64,000 nt of DNA from a virus, in IMG/VR virus record IMGVR_UViG_3300028908_000005, positions 1 through 64,000 of that record; one strand, 5' to 3'. How positions within the stretch are numbered: the stretch's first letter is position 1; each line of letters starts with the position of its first letter. A program made the translations under genes and the position numbers. This document shows positions 1 through 10,057 of the stretch, in pieces. A model generated the notes under the pieces. The model was not told the DNA's origin, did not search any database, and was given only the letters and a program-made list of their open reading frames with translations.

Positions 1-126
1 TGAGTACCGTTACGCCCACTGGTGGTCGTTTTTCGGTAACTTTAGTCCATAACATATCGCTTATTCCTTAATTTGTTCTTTATTATCGCCGCAGCGCGAA
101 CACGGTTTTAGTTGTTTACGCGTATG

Positions 127-471
127 CTAATCCTCGTACAGAAGCTCAACATAGAATGTGTTCTTTTTTGTTAGCAACGACATTGCAAACAGTAAATTCT
201 GCAAGAAATATACAAAATCGTATTTCTTTCCTCCGTAGTGGCAAACACCATGCGATCCTTTTGGTAACATTGCGATTCGCACACTGTCTACCGTCGGTTT
301 GTCATAAAAACGAAACCACACATTTTCTACATCTGCCGGAAACGTGAATACGTCGCGCACGATGTCTTCTGGTACGTAACAAAATTCTTCTTTTTGGCAA
401 TGAATGACATATTCACGACGTACATCAGAAGTATCCAAGGTTGCAATAATTTCAGCTATCGCCTTACTCAT
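127..471 (-). CDS. hypothetical protein
   Basis: ORF 127..600; the likely start is the internal ATG (MSKAI), which overlaps the end of the upstream gene. Confidence 0.5.
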   Translation of the reverse strand: MSKAIAEIIATLDTSDVRREYVIHCQKEEFCYVPEDIVRDVFTFPADVENVWFRFYDKPTVDSVRIAMLPKGSHGVCHYGGKKYDFVYFLQNLLFAMSLLTKKNTFYVELLYED

Positions 472-673
472 AGATATATCCCTTGCCGTGACACGTCCCG
501 CACGTATCCCAGAATCCGCCCCACTGCCCGGAGCGGAACTGGCCCGTGCCTTTGCACGTCGGACAGACACGACGCTTCGTGCCTCGCGGTCTCCCACCAA
601 GCCAGATGCCGAGAATTAGTGCGGCAAGAAATATGAAGCCAAGTAAGTTATTCATCTGAATCGCAAAGTCCAT
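464..673 (-). CDS. small membrane-anchored protein with DnaJ-type zinc finger
   Basis: N-terminal hydrophobic helix, then CPTCKGTG and CGTCHGKG (CxxCxGxG repeats). Confidence 0.6.
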   Translation of the reverse strand: MDFAIQMNNLLGFIFLAALILGIWLGGRPRGTKRRVCPTCKGTGQFRSGQWGGFWDTCGTCHGKGYIYE

Positions 674-872
674 CAGATACGCGAAGACACAAACTTAAAC
701 TGATTACGCCACTAACCACACCGAGTATCAACATCGGTGTGGTTATGTAAACTCCGTCACCCGCGAGCAACCACGCCGGTGCAGCAGTTTTCAGATACGC
801 TGTTATCGGAAACAGCGCCAGCATGAACAAAAACAGCAACAGCGAAAAGAAACCGTAAGCGAACCGCTCCAT
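648..872 (-). CDS. small two-TM membrane protein (paralogue of 1037..1252)
   Basis: Two hydrophobic segments; shares PxTAxLKxxAPAW..DG.Y.I..P..LGV with 1037..1252; GGAGG RBS upstream. Confidence 0.6.
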   Translation of the reverse strand: MERFAYGFFSLLLFLFMLALFPITAYLKTAAPAWLLAGDGVYITTPMLILGVVSGVISLSLCLRVSDGLCDSDE

Positions 873-1036
873 TATTTCCTCCTCCGCTTACTCTGTAAAA
901 TATGCCGCTGTAAAGAGGCCAATAACGAAAAACGCAATGCCTACACCAACTAGCAAAATAATGTGTGCCATCATGTACCTCCAATCGCTTTCAGTAAACG
1001 CTGTAACCTACCCCAAACAATAACCAACTCGACAAC

Positions 1037-1252
1037 TCACGCGTCGTCACACGCTGCTTCTACGAACAGAAGCCAACAAAGTCCACCTGCCGCGACACCA
1101 AGCATCCGCAACGGTGACTCGATATAGTAGTAACCACCGTCAGCGCGCGCCCACGCGGGCGCTGTATGCTTCAGAAAAGCTGTAAGCGGTATCGTTGCAA
1201 CCGCGAACAAAAACAATACAACTGACAAGAAAATGTAAATAGCCTTTCTCAT
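1037..1252 (-). CDS. small two-TM membrane protein (paralogue of 648..872)
   Basis: Hydrophobic, with the shared APAW motif. Confidence 0.6.
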   Translation of the reverse strand: MRKAIYIFLSVVLFLFAVATIPLTAFLKHTAPAWARADGGYYYIESPLRMLGVAAGGLCWLLFVEAACDDA

Positions 1253-1255
1253 ATC

Positions 1256-1480
1256 TCACTCCTGCTGCTGCGAAAGCGGCAGCACGCTCGGCACGCGATA
1301 ACCGATAACAACCGGTTCAAGCTGATCTTCCGCGCGCAGCTCAATGCCTCGCGTGCGGACTACATCCTCTGTGCTCGCCAACGGTTCGCCGCTGTAGCGA
1401 AACATCAAATACAATTGGCTATCGTCGAGCGTACGATGCTGCCATACGTCAACGACTAAGTATCTATCATCTGTACTCAT
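1256..1480 (-). CDS. hypothetical protein
   Basis: 74-aa ORF tiling with its neighbours. Confidence 0.5.
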   Translation of the reverse strand: MSTDDRYLVVDVWQHRTLDDSQLYLMFRYSGEPLASTEDVVRTRGIELRAEDQLEPVVIGYRVPSVLPLSQQQE

Positions 1481-1519
1481 ATTGTGTATTGATCCTATAA
1501 CCGAATGTTTTCAAGCCGC

Positions 1520-2167
1520 TTATACAGTCGCTTCCTCAAATGCTTCGGCGAACTCTTTGCTCCGATGACACATAGCTAGAACTGACTCGTATGGCTCTTC
1601 GATACCGGTATCGACATGACCGATCACCGGAGCATCAGCACAACCGCATTGGTAAATAGTGCCGTTCGGTACGACGAAACACTCGTCGCAAACACAACGT
1701 AATCGCATCGACTCGGGCGGTTCGTCCGCGCGATCGAGACCAGATGTCTCCAAGTATCGACCCACCAAAAATGGATCCACTATCGTTCTGACGTTGTTAC
1801 CAAACGCTTCGATCACATCACAAGAAATAGGCTCGTGCCATTCGTCTAAGCTAAGAACACCGGTAATCGCACCGGCTTTTGCCAATCTCGCAATCATCAA
1901 GGCTCGCATTCGCCGTTTGCCGTTCGTCGCAACAAACGGTGATAGCTCGCTATCTGACATCGCAATCGCTTCAAGTAAAAACCGCTCGAACTGCGGATGC
2001 ACCGTCGGCTCGCCGCCGCCCAAACAGATGTACTCACCGTAGTTGGCCGCAAGCCGTAACGCCGCGGCAAACACCCTATGCGGCATGTCTTCGCCAGCAC
2101 CCGGCGCGCACGAAAAACAGCAGTGACCGCAGCGCATGTTACACCGCGTAGTTATCTGCAAATACAC
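1520..2167 (-). CDS. radical SAM protein (Twitch/SPASM-like C-terminus)
   Basis: CNMRCGHC (CX3CX2C), GGGEPT, TNG, and a C-terminal C..VVPNGTIYQC..IGHV. Confidence 0.9.
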   Translation of the reverse strand: MYLQITTRCNMRCGHCCFSCAPGAGEDMPHRVFAAALRLAANYGEYICLGGGEPTVHPQFERFLLEAIAMSDSELSPFVATNGKRRMRALMIARLAKAGAITGVLSLDEWHEPISCDVIEAFGNNVRTIVDPFLVGRYLETSGLDRADEPPESMRLRCVCDECFVVPNGTIYQCGCADAPVIGHVDTGIEEPYESVLAMCHRSKEFAEAFEEATV

Positions 2168-2706
2168 TACGACGATTCCTTTGCAGCTATTTCGTAGATA
2201 CGATCTTTATATTCTTGCCATGTTGACGATGATGCTGCCGCCTGCAATGACAACAACACCCACAATGCCCAAGTCTCTCGCGGCACCCAGTACGGTGCGT
2301 AAAGAGCGCCTTTACGCGCGCTGCGATACGCGGTCTCCCATTTACACAGCGTATAGCAATATTGCAGCGTCGCAGTAGGCGTTTCTTGCGTGGGCCATGT
2401 GGGAAATAATAGAAATGTGCCTGAGTCAGACTGCCGCGAAAACTCTTCTGTCAACCCGGCGAGGTCAAATCGCTCTAGAAGCGATACGCCATCGAGAGAC
2501 TCGATATGACTGTAAGACAAGATCTCGCGGGGCGTGAAAATTGTCAATAATGTTTGAATGTCCAAATACCGAGAGCGCAACAGCGCAGCAGTTGCAAGCG
2601 TCAGCACACCAGCAGCCAACCATTCCGGCCCTGGCGGATCAAGCGTATAAACACGTAACTGCCGCGTCGTTAAATCACGCAATGTTAACTGCTCAGCCAT
2701 CGCCAC
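2167..2706 (-). CDS. tandem paralogue family member 1, unknown function
   Basis: High similarity to the next three ORFs (LTLxDLT..PEWLAAGVLT..RYTLCKW..LLSLQA..WQEYK). Confidence 0.85.
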   Translation of the reverse strand: MAMAEQLTLRDLTTRQLRVYTLDPPGPEWLAAGVLTLATAALLRSRYLDIQTLLTIFTPREILSYSHIESLDGVSLLERFDLAGLTEEFSRQSDSGTFLLFPTWPTQETPTATLQYCYTLCKWETAYRSARKGALYAPYWVPRETWALWVLLSLQAAASSSTWQEYKDRIYEIAAKESS

Positions 2707-3241
2707 TCTCCAAGCCGTCAGATATCTCGCAAATCCGAGCTTTGTATTCTTGCCATGTTGACGACAATGTTACCGCCTGCAACGACAATAACATCCACAA
2801 CGCCCAAGTCGATGGCCGCGTCCAGAATGGTGCGTAAAGGTAGCCCTCATACGTGTTGTGATACGCTGTCTGCCATTTACACAGCGTATAACGTCTTCGC
2901 ACCTCCAGTGTGGCAAAGTTCTTACGCGTCGGCCATGTGTAAAACAGCAAAAACGTACCCAATTCAGATCGCCGCGAGAACTCTTTTGTCAGCCCGGCAA
3001 AGTCGAACATCTCCACAAGACCTACGCCGTCGGGAGACTCGATACGGCTGTAAGACAAGATCTCGCAGGGCGTGAAAACTGTCAACAATGTTTGAACATC
3101 CAGATAGAGCAGGCGCAAACGCGCAGCAGTCCTACGCGTAAGTACGCCGGCGGCCAGCCATTCTGGCGCTGCCGGGTTCCCTGCCTGAATACGCAACTGC
3201 TGCGGTGTCAAATCTTGCAATGTTAACCGCTCAGCCATCAC
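2693..3241 (-). CDS. tandem paralogue family member 2
   Basis: Same motifs; overlapping start/stop with neighbours. Confidence 0.85.
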   Translation of the reverse strand: MMAERLTLQDLTPQQLRIQAGNPAAPEWLAAGVLTRRTAARLRLLYLDVQTLLTVFTPCEILSYSRIESPDGVGLVEMFDFAGLTKEFSRRSELGTFLLFYTWPTRKNFATLEVRRRYTLCKWQTAYHNTYEGYLYAPFWTRPSTWALWMLLSLQAVTLSSTWQEYKARICEISDGLESGDG

Positions 3242-3773
3242 CGCGCTCCAAGCCGTCAGCTATCTCGCAAATCCGAGCTTTGTATTCTTGCCATGCCGCT
3301 GCCGGCACTGCAGCCTGCAACGACAATAACAGCCACAAAACCCAATCCTCCTGCTGCGACCAGTACGGTACGTAAATATACCCTTCGCGAGTGTTGCAAT
3401 ACGCAGTCTCCCATTTGCATAGCGTATAACGTCTTTGCGTCATAGCAAACGGTTCTTGCGTCGGCCATGTGTGGAACACTAGAAACGTACCTAGCTCAGA
3501 CCGCCGCGAGAACTCTTTTGTCAACCCGGCAAAGTCGAACCTCTCCACAAGATCTACGCCATTGGCAGTCTCGATATGGCTGTAAGACAATACCTCGCGC
3601 GCCGCGAAAACTGCCAATATCGTTTGAGCATCCAGATAGAGCCATCGCAACCGTACAGCAGTCGTACGTGTAAGTACGCCGACAGTCAACCATTCCGGCC
3701 CCGGCGGATCAAGCATATAAACACGCAACTGCTGCAGCGTTAAGTCTCGCAATGTTAACTGCTTAGCCATCAC
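3231..3773 (-). CDS. tandem paralogue family member 3
   Basis: Same motifs. Confidence 0.85.
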   Translation of the reverse strand: MMAKQLTLRDLTLQQLRVYMLDPPGPEWLTVGVLTRTTAVRLRWLYLDAQTILAVFAAREVLSYSHIETANGVDLVERFDFAGLTKEFSRRSELGTFLVFHTWPTQEPFAMTQRRYTLCKWETAYCNTREGYIYVPYWSQQEDWVLWLLLSLQAAVPAAAWQEYKARICEIADGLERGDG

Positions 3774-4314
3774 CGCTCTCCAAGCCGTCAGCTATTTCGT
3801 AGATACGATCTTTATATTCCCGCCATGTTGACGATGACATTACTACCTGCAACGACAATAACGACCACAAGGCCCAAGTCTCTGGCCGCGTCCAGGATGG
3901 TACGTAGACGTAGCCTTCATACATGCTGCGGTACGGCGTCTCCCACGGACACAACGTGTATCGCCTCCGCGTCGGCCTTTCCGCGAGGCTACCTTCTGTC
4001 GGCCATGCGTGGAACACCAGAAATGTACCCAAATCAGACCGCCGCGAGAACTCTTTTGTCAGCCCGGCGAGGTCAAATCGCTCTACAAGATCTACGCCGT
4101 CGGGAGACTCGATACGGCTGTAAGACAAGATCTCGCGGGGCGTGAAAACCGATAGTATCACGTAAGTATCCAAGTAGCGGCCGAGCAACCGTACAGCAGT
4201 CGTACGTGTAAGTACGCCGGCAGCAAGCCACGCAGGCTCTGCCGGGTTCGCCGCCCGAACACGTAACTGCTGCGGCGTTAAATCACGCAACGTTAACTGT
4301 TCAGTCATCGCCAC
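3763..4314 (-). CDS. tandem paralogue family member 4
   Basis: Same motifs. Confidence 0.85.
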   Translation of the reverse strand: MAMTEQLTLRDLTPQQLRVRAANPAEPAWLAAGVLTRTTAVRLLGRYLDTYVILSVFTPREILSYSRIESPDGVDLVERFDLAGLTKEFSRRSDLGTFLVFHAWPTEGSLAERPTRRRYTLCPWETPYRSMYEGYVYVPSWTRPETWALWSLLSLQVVMSSSTWREYKDRIYEIADGLESGDG

Positions 4315-4840
4315 TCTCCAAGACGCCAGCTATGTTGTATATCTGCGCTTTGTATTCGCGCCACGTCGGCAAAAACGTCGCTTGCCTGACAAGGAGAGCT
4401 ACCAACGGCGACACAAACGCGCGCAAACACATCGGCATCAGCAGCACACCAGTCTGTCGCAACCGCTGCGCAGCCGACCAGTCATACATCTCGTAACGAC
4501 AAAATCTAGCCGCCAACCTGCCTAAAGGCGAACACGCAAAGTCAACCGGCTGCGTATAGAAAGCTCCGCGGGCAGTCCGTACCGAAATCACCCGCATAAC
4601 CTCGTTCACGTCGATCGTCAGCGAAGCAAACTCGCCCTGGACAATGTCCGAATAATGCAGCGGCGGCAACGAAAGCGGACGGAACGCCGCGCGAATATCG
4701 TCAAGCCGCACGCCGTGTGATCGCAACGCCTGCGCGGCCCGCTTCGTCAACACGCCGGCGTTGAACCAATTCGCGTTCGGCATATCCATCGCATGCGCCA
4801 ACAATTGGTCCGGCGTCAAGTGGTCCGCGAGATCGACCAT
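4301..4840 (-). CDS. tandem paralogue family member 5 (diverged)
   Basis: WFNAGVLT and PTWREYKAQIYNIAGVLESGD match members 1-4. Confidence 0.8.
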   Translation of the reverse strand: MVDLADHLTPDQLLAHAMDMPNANWFNAGVLTKRAAQALRSHGVRLDDIRAAFRPLSLPPLHYSDIVQGEFASLTIDVNEVMRVISVRTARGAFYTQPVDFACSPLGRLAARFCRYEMYDWSAAQRLRQTGVLLMPMCLRAFVSPLVALLVRQATFLPTWREYKAQIYNIAGVLESGDD

Positions 4841-5370
4841 CCCAAGCCCTCTTTGTCAGCGAGCTCAATCGCCCTAAGACGTATCGCCGCCGGCGTCGGC
4901 CGCGCGTAAGCTTGTTGTGCCACGTACAACTCTAAGCGAGTACGCGGAAGTATAAATATAGGCACGTACACGTAAGACCGAGAGTAGCCTTCTTCCCCAG
5001 TAACCTCGTGCGCCAAATCCCACCCGACTCGCGTCATATGCCACACCACCTCCCACTCCAAAATCGCGAACATTATCGGTATGTTGCTTGTATCCAGAAA
5101 CGGATCGGCAAAATCATACATACGGAAGGCGCCGTACGGTCCGCGACGCGTAAATACGTCTAAGAATTGCGGCAGTCGCACATACGGCGTAGGAAGCCCG
5201 CCGGAGTTGTCCACTGCGATAAATGTTTTGACCTCCTCCGGCGACATCGTCTCCGCAATCATCGAAGGGCAGAGATCGTGCCGCGAGAGCTGCATCATGC
5301 AATTGGCATACTCGACGCCGACGTTTTGCCAGGCTTGCGTCGCCCGCGAACATACATCTAAAAGCGACAT
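4816..5370 (-). CDS. tandem paralogue family member 6 (diverged)
   Basis: Similar size; AWQNVGV, RRGPYGAF, YVYVPIF..QQA. Confidence 0.7.
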   Translation of the reverse strand: MSLLDVCSRATQAWQNVGVEYANCMMQLSRHDLCPSMIAETMSPEEVKTFIAVDNSGGLPTPYVRLPQFLDVFTRRGPYGAFRMYDFADPFLDTSNIPIMFAILEWEVVWHMTRVGWDLAHEVTGEEGYSRSYVYVPIFILPRTRLELYVAQQAYARPTPAAIRLRAIELADKEGLGWSISRTT

Positions 5371-5378
5371 ACAATCAC

Positions 5379-6023
5379 CTACGTGTGTATATCCAACACC
5401 ACAATCGTTTGCGGCTCCTCCGAACTCAGGTCAAACGCACGATGGTTATACGGCGAAAAATCGCTCGCGACAAACGGGAAGTATCTGGCGTCCAACACCT
5501 GAGCCGCGCGGTATAGCCGCGACGCTCGGTAGCTCAAATCATCCGTACGCGACTCGTCAACGTTACGCCGAATCCGCTCAGCAATCTCGTTCCGGTCATC
5601 ATACAGTTTGACGATATAATCATCGACGTACTTGCAAAACTGCTCACGCAGCTCGGCAACCGACATCTTCTCAAGCCTCTCAATCTCCGTCTTGAGCGGC
5701 TCTTTCACTTCACCGAAAATGAACGGCGGTATCGGCGACACGTCAGATGAATAAATCGTGGCCATCGCCGCTTGATGCCATGCTACATCGAACGGTGGCC
5801 GCTCCTCAAACTCGTCTGGTTTGATACGCCGCCACTTACGCTTAAGCGATAAGCCGCCTTCAGGATAGTCTGCTACCCACATTTCGTTGTTTCTGTTGAC
5901 GATACTCAACGGGAAAAACCAGTTGTTCTCGTCAAGCGTCAGCTCGTTGATAACGAAGTCGACAGTGTCTTCGAGCCCGTTATAGTCGTTATCGTCGACC
6001 GCGATAAAATAACTACCGTGCAT
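5379..6023 (-). CDS. hypothetical protein
   Basis: Acidic ORF; likely start MHGSYF at 6023; not part of the paralogue family. Confidence 0.7.
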   Translation of the reverse strand: MHGSYFIAVDDNDYNGLEDTVDFVINELTLDENNWFFPLSIVNRNNEMWVADYPEGGLSLKRKWRRIKPDEFEERPPFDVAWHQAAMATIYSSDVSPIPPFIFGEVKEPLKTEIERLEKMSVAELREQFCKYVDDYIVKLYDDRNEIAERIRRNVDESRTDDLSYRASRLYRAAQVLDARYFPFVASDFSPYNHRAFDLSSEEPQTIVVLDIHT

Positions 6024-6573
6024 TGTTAGCTCCAATGATTTTAGCGACGTCTCGCGACAGCACCGCATTTGCGCCCGCCTGCGCTAACGTCGCTAACGCC
6101 TCAGACCGATCTATCCACTCGTTAAAATCGGCGCTCGTAGAACATATCTGCGCTTGCCGAAGTAGCCATAATTCGTCCATGCCACACCACCGTAACCACG
6201 CAGGTGCCACTGCCGACACTACGGTGGCGTTGCTGTAACACCGCCCGACATTTAAGTCGAGATCGCACAGCGTACACCGCCAAGTGACATTTCCGTGATA
6301 CCACCGCATAAGTCCGCGATCCGCTTCACCAAACACTTCCCGGTAATTGTAATACGCCACTGGGCCGCCTGCGACGTAGATACCTGCCGTGATACCGTAG
6401 TAAAAGTCGACATCGTCCGGATAATATTCGTGGAGCGCACACAAGTTTTCATCGGATAACCAAGGGATCGCTAATTGATGCTGTTCGCCAAAAATGCCCG
6501 CCAGCATACTTAGCGTGCGAGCAGGTATAACCTTGGCATAATCTGCCGATGTGGTACGCATTTGTATCTCCAA
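6013..6573 (-). CDS. paralogue family member 7
   Basis: Near-duplicate of 6595..7137 (PAWLRWCxMDELxLLRQAQIC..DFNEW). Confidence 0.8.
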   Translation of the reverse strand: MEIQMRTTSADYAKVIPARTLSMLAGIFGEQHQLAIPWLSDENLCALHEYYPDDVDFYYGITAGIYVAGGPVAYYNYREVFGEADRGLMRWYHGNVTWRCTLCDLDLNVGRCYSNATVVSAVAPAWLRWCGMDELWLLRQAQICSTSADFNEWIDRSEALATLAQAGANAVLSRDVAKIIGANNAR

Positions 6574-6594
6574 CGAGCAGCCGCCGCACGCAGC

Positions 6595-7137
6595 TTAATT
6601 GCTTATGATTTCGGCAACGTCCCGCGACAGCACCCCATTTTCAGGTACGCCTAGCAGCACTACTAAATCCTCAGACATCGCTACCCACTCATTAAAGTCA
6701 GTACTCACTGCGCATATCTGCGCTTGCCGAAGCAGCCGTAACTCGTCCATGTCACACCATCGCAACCACGCCGGGACCGCCACAGACACCATCATGTATC
6801 CGCGGTACATCGCCGTGCCACGCAATCGCAAATCTTCTAAGCTTCGCTGCCACGACAAGCACGTAAGCGATCGTCGAGAAATCGATAGCTGCTCACTGCC
6901 AAAGACGCACCAATAATCATAAAACGCAGCCGGACCGCCGGCAGCGTAAACGCCGGCCAAGATGCCTTGGCAAAATGACACATCGTCCGTGTAACGTTCG
7001 CGGAGCGTTAGCAAGTCTTCGCGAGACAACCACGAAAGCACCTGCTGTCGCCGCAACGCTGCTTCTGCCAACATGTTCCGCACGCGTTGCGGGACAATTT
7101 CTGTGTAAGATGCAATCACTTGAGCTTCTCCGGCCAA
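6595..7137 (-). CDS. paralogue family member 8
   Basis: Near-duplicate of 6013..6573. Confidence 0.8.
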   Translation of the reverse strand: MAGEAQVIASYTEIVPQRVRNMLAEAALRRQQVLSWLSREDLLTLRERYTDDVSFCQGILAGVYAAGGPAAFYDYWCVFGSEQLSISRRSLTCLSWQRSLEDLRLRGTAMYRGYMMVSVAVPAWLRWCDMDELRLLRQAQICAVSTDFNEWVAMSEDLVVLLGVPENGVLSRDVAEIISN

Positions 7138-7619
7138 ACCTTTCTAAGCTCTTGCATAACGCGTATTTCGTCATGCTGTGCCGACATAGCAGCAACGCGG
7201 TCGCATGCGTCCAACCAGGCGATATGCTTGCGACAACCTGTTATCGCCTGCATATAACACAACGCTTGGACTGGCGATATATCCGAACCTGAAAGCCAAC
7301 CTGGTAAGACAAACTCAATGTGCAATCGTGTTTCTCCGTCCCACCCCTGCGATGAATACGCATACGTGAGATGCCTAACCTGCCGCAACCACCTCCGCGT
7401 GGAGTCCCAATACCGCCAATTTGTAGAGTCAAACTGCCAGTCGACCTCTAAACAAAGCAAATCGGCGCCGGCAAGATAAGCCGCGCCTATCACCAACGAC
7501 ACTTGATCGCGTACTCGGTATTGCCTAATACGACTCAATACATCTTCCGGCACTCGAGTGTAGTCGACGCCTAAAGACCGCAACGTCAGATCTGCAGCCG
7601 TCCCTAGTCTTAGTTGCAT
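7116..7619 (-). CDS. paralogue family member 9 (diverged)
   Basis: LPGW..SPVQALCYMQA..AWLDAC. Confidence 0.7.
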   Translation of the reverse strand: MQLRLGTAADLTLRSLGVDYTRVPEDVLSRIRQYRVRDQVSLVIGAAYLAGADLLCLEVDWQFDSTNWRYWDSTRRWLRQVRHLTYAYSSQGWDGETRLHIEFVLPGWLSGSDISPVQALCYMQAITGCRKHIAWLDACDRVAAMSAQHDEIRVMQELRKVWPEKLK

Positions 7620-8134
7620 AAATCACACACCGAATCGCGAAGAATGATAGGTTGCCAATTACCAGTACAAGCCGTTTCCTCGCACGCGTCCAGGAAGTCG
7701 TCGACACGCTTTGCAGCTGTGCAAACCTGTGCCAAACGCAGTACGTCAGCCGGCGATACGATCGCTGGCGTGACCCAAGCAGGCACTGGTGCTACGATCT
7801 CGTGTGTGCCGTCAAACCCGACGGTTACACTACACACCGACTTAATGTCGTTTAACGACTCCGGCGGTGATAAACGTCGCCACGGTCGGATGTTCGGCAA
7901 AGCCTCATAATCGGAAAACACGCAGCGTACCAAACGCAGCGATACTAGGCGGCTTTCAAGATAAAGCAAAGCAGCCAGCGCGCGGCCAAAATACCATGTG
8001 CCGAGCCCGGCATACCGCTGGTCCAACTCCGTAACGTGACTCGACTCCAAGTATCGCTCAAGCACAAGGTCCGGCACAGCAGCTTCTCGCAACACTATCG
8101 TCGCATACCCATGGTCGTATATTTCGTACAACAT
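7610..8134 (-). CDS. paralogue family member 10 (diverged)
   Basis: VPAW..SPADVLRLAQVC..DFLDAC. Confidence 0.7.
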   Translation of the reverse strand: MLYEIYDHGYATIVLREAAVPDLVLERYLESSHVTELDQRYAGLGTWYFGRALAALLYLESRLVSLRLVRCVFSDYEALPNIRPWRRLSPPESLNDIKSVCSVTVGFDGTHEIVAPVPAWVTPAIVSPADVLRLAQVCTAAKRVDDFLDACEETACTGNWQPIILRDSVCDLCN

Positions 8135-8135
8135 T

Positions 8136-8672
8136 TTAGTAGTACCACTCGGCGATATTTCGCATAGTCAACACATGATACTGGTCTAACGTCGAACGCG
8201 TCTGAATAATGGCTTCAAGCCCGTCTACCCACTCCGGCACATTCTGTGCGGCAAAACACACTTGGGCCGCTCGCAGCGCCTCCAACCAAGACCACCCGGC
8301 CTCGCATAACCAAATCGGCACCGGGAGCGAGCAAAAGTTAAACGAGTTCACGCACATACAGCGCTGTAACTGTTGTATCTCATCGTCGCGTTCGAGCTTG
8401 GAGTACTGCGTATGCGCCGCATGCACGATGCGCTGGTCAGACATATCTGCCGACATCGACGTGTACACCAGCGGACCTTCAAAACAATACAGCGCAGCAC
8501 AAACATTCCTGAACGCTGCCACAACGCGATCCGAACTGCGATACAACACATAAGCCAACGCGACGCGCGGAATTGTGTCTCGGATAACGTCCTCGCCGAT
8601 GCTGACCGCGCTAAAACGCAGCAACACGCGCGGCGGTATCTCCGGATCAGTGCTCTGTCGCATCATCACCAT
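8136..8672 (-). CDS. paralogue family member 11 (diverged)
   Basis: VPIW..LRAAQVC..PEW. Confidence 0.7.
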   Translation of the reverse strand: MVMMRQSTDPEIPPRVLLRFSAVSIGEDVIRDTIPRVALAYVLYRSSDRVVAAFRNVCAALYCFEGPLVYTSMSADMSDQRIVHAAHTQYSKLERDDEIQQLQRCMCVNSFNFCSLPVPIWLCEAGWSWLEALRAAQVCFAAQNVPEWVDGLEAIIQTRSTLDQYHVLTMRNIAEWYY

Positions 8673-9126
8673 TTTGCAAAAACTCCACTAGCCGACCGAC
8701 GAACTCGGTGTTAGAAGCCGATTGCCGCGATAACGAATACCACAGCAAACCAGCCAATATGATGTCCGGAGGCGGAAGCCATATCGGTACCGGAATATAT
8801 ACAACGCTGCCAAGACGAAAAGTTGACGGCGCCGCATCGGCGTCGCCAAACTCGTACTCGCCAATCGGCACCAGATAAGAGATATCCGGCAAAATCGCTA
8901 ACCACCGCCATATAACCGGGCCGCCGCGAGCAAAAATCGCCTCGGCTACCACAGATAACAGCTGATCAGTATCACCGTAATAATCGATCCAGACAAGCAC
9001 TTCGTCGGGTGTCAAATACCGTCCTTGCATGTCCCAATCGTCATCGGCAATCTGCTTACACCAAGCTGCATAATGCGGTGCGACGACAGCGATCTCATGC
9101 AGGTTAGCCATCGTCACCGTAATCAC
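8647..9126 (-). CDS. paralogue family member 12 (diverged)
   Basis: AIFARGGPV (compare GIYVAGGPV in member 7) and VPIWLP. Confidence 0.65.
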   Translation of the reverse strand: MITVTMANLHEIAVVAPHYAAWCKQIADDDWDMQGRYLTPDEVLVWIDYYGDTDQLLSVVAEAIFARGGPVIWRWLAILPDISYLVPIGEYEFGDADAAPSTFRLGSVVYIPVPIWLPPPDIILAGLLWYSLSRQSASNTEFVGRLVEFLQNGDDATEH

Positions 9127-9760
9127 TCCACAGTGTTTCCAAGCAGTCCAGCAGCCACGCTTCTGGCGCCGCCGCCGTCTGACATATCTGGTAAAGCCGC
9201 AAACGCTGCAACTCCGCCGGCTGCCGCAGTGTCGGGTAACCTGCTCGCGCGTATTCGCGATCGCTCAGCATCGTTGAAAACGCCGCCGCCAACGACGATG
9301 TAAATCCGGCGTAAAGCGGTCGCCGGTTGATTCCGTCCTCGATGCACCATAGCCGCGAGAACCGCATCGCTATGTTAAGCTGCGAAAGCCTGACAACCGC
9401 CCGCCGCCAATCGAACAGCAACCTGATCGTCCCTTGCACCGCGCGCAATGTGCCGTCAACGTCTGGTACTGCGTAATTGCACAATATCGTTTCGCCATCC
9501 ATGTCGAAACTGTCGAATTGCGTATCCTCAATAACAATACCGGCGTCGCATTCGTACACGACGTTGTACCATGAAAGCAGCGTAGACGTCGACAGCTTGC
9601 TGCTGAGCCTAGTAAAATCTACCAACTCCAACAAACGATACGCCGCTGCCGTAAGTAGGCCGGCGTTAATCGCGCTGTGCCATCCCGGAACTTGCGGATC
9701 TAACGGCACTGCCGGAATATTCCGCTCGTCCAACCAATCTCTGATCTCGGCTGATAACAA
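9104..9760 (-). CDS. paralogue family member 13 (diverged)
   Basis: GWHSAINAGLLT, LYQICQ..EAW; likely TTG start at 9760 with a GGAGAG RBS (the ORF track extends to 9907). Confidence 0.6.
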   Translation of the reverse strand: MLSAEIRDWLDERNIPAVPLDPQVPGWHSAINAGLLTAAAYRLLELVDFTRLSSKLSTSTLLSWYNVVYECDAGIVIEDTQFDSFDMDGETILCNYAVPDVDGTLRAVQGTIRLLFDWRRAVVRLSQLNIAMRFSRLWCIEDGINRRPLYAGFTSSLAAAFSTMLSDREYARAGYPTLRQPAELQRLRLYQICQTAAAPEAWLLDCLETLWSDYGDDG

Positions 9761-9842
9761 CGGATATTCTCTCCGATAGCTAAAACGCGGTTTTGAAAAG
9801 CGCCGGCCAACTGTGTCTCCACACAGCCGGCCGGCTAGTTTT

Positions 9843-9992
9843 TTATTTCGCCCTCGCCGAGATCGCCTCGGCGAAGGCGCGTGCCGCCGCAGCCGCAGCT
9901 TCGGCATCCCTGTCTTGGTCGCGGCTGCGGGCTTCGTTCATCTTGGTGCCGAGATAACCCAGCACCAAGATGAAGATAACAAATTCGACCAT
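9843..9992 (-). CDS. 49-aa single-TM protein (not in the ORF track)
   Basis: AGGAGG RBS; MVEFVIFILVLGYLGTKMNEARSRDQDRDAEAAAAARAFAEAISARAK*. Confidence 0.6.
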   Translation of the reverse strand: MVEFVIFILVLGYLGTKMNEARSRDQDRDAEAAAAAARAFAEAISARAK

Positions 9993-10057
9993 ATCGGCCT
10001 CCTTTTCTAACCGCTAAGCGGCACTTCTTAATGCCCGAAAATCGCCGCCTTCTTAAG

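Noticed and set aside
2167-4314. Diversity-generating retroelement (TR/VR pairs)
   Set aside because: No reverse transcriptase is in the window. The repeats are whole intact genes and the differences do not appear adenine-specific.
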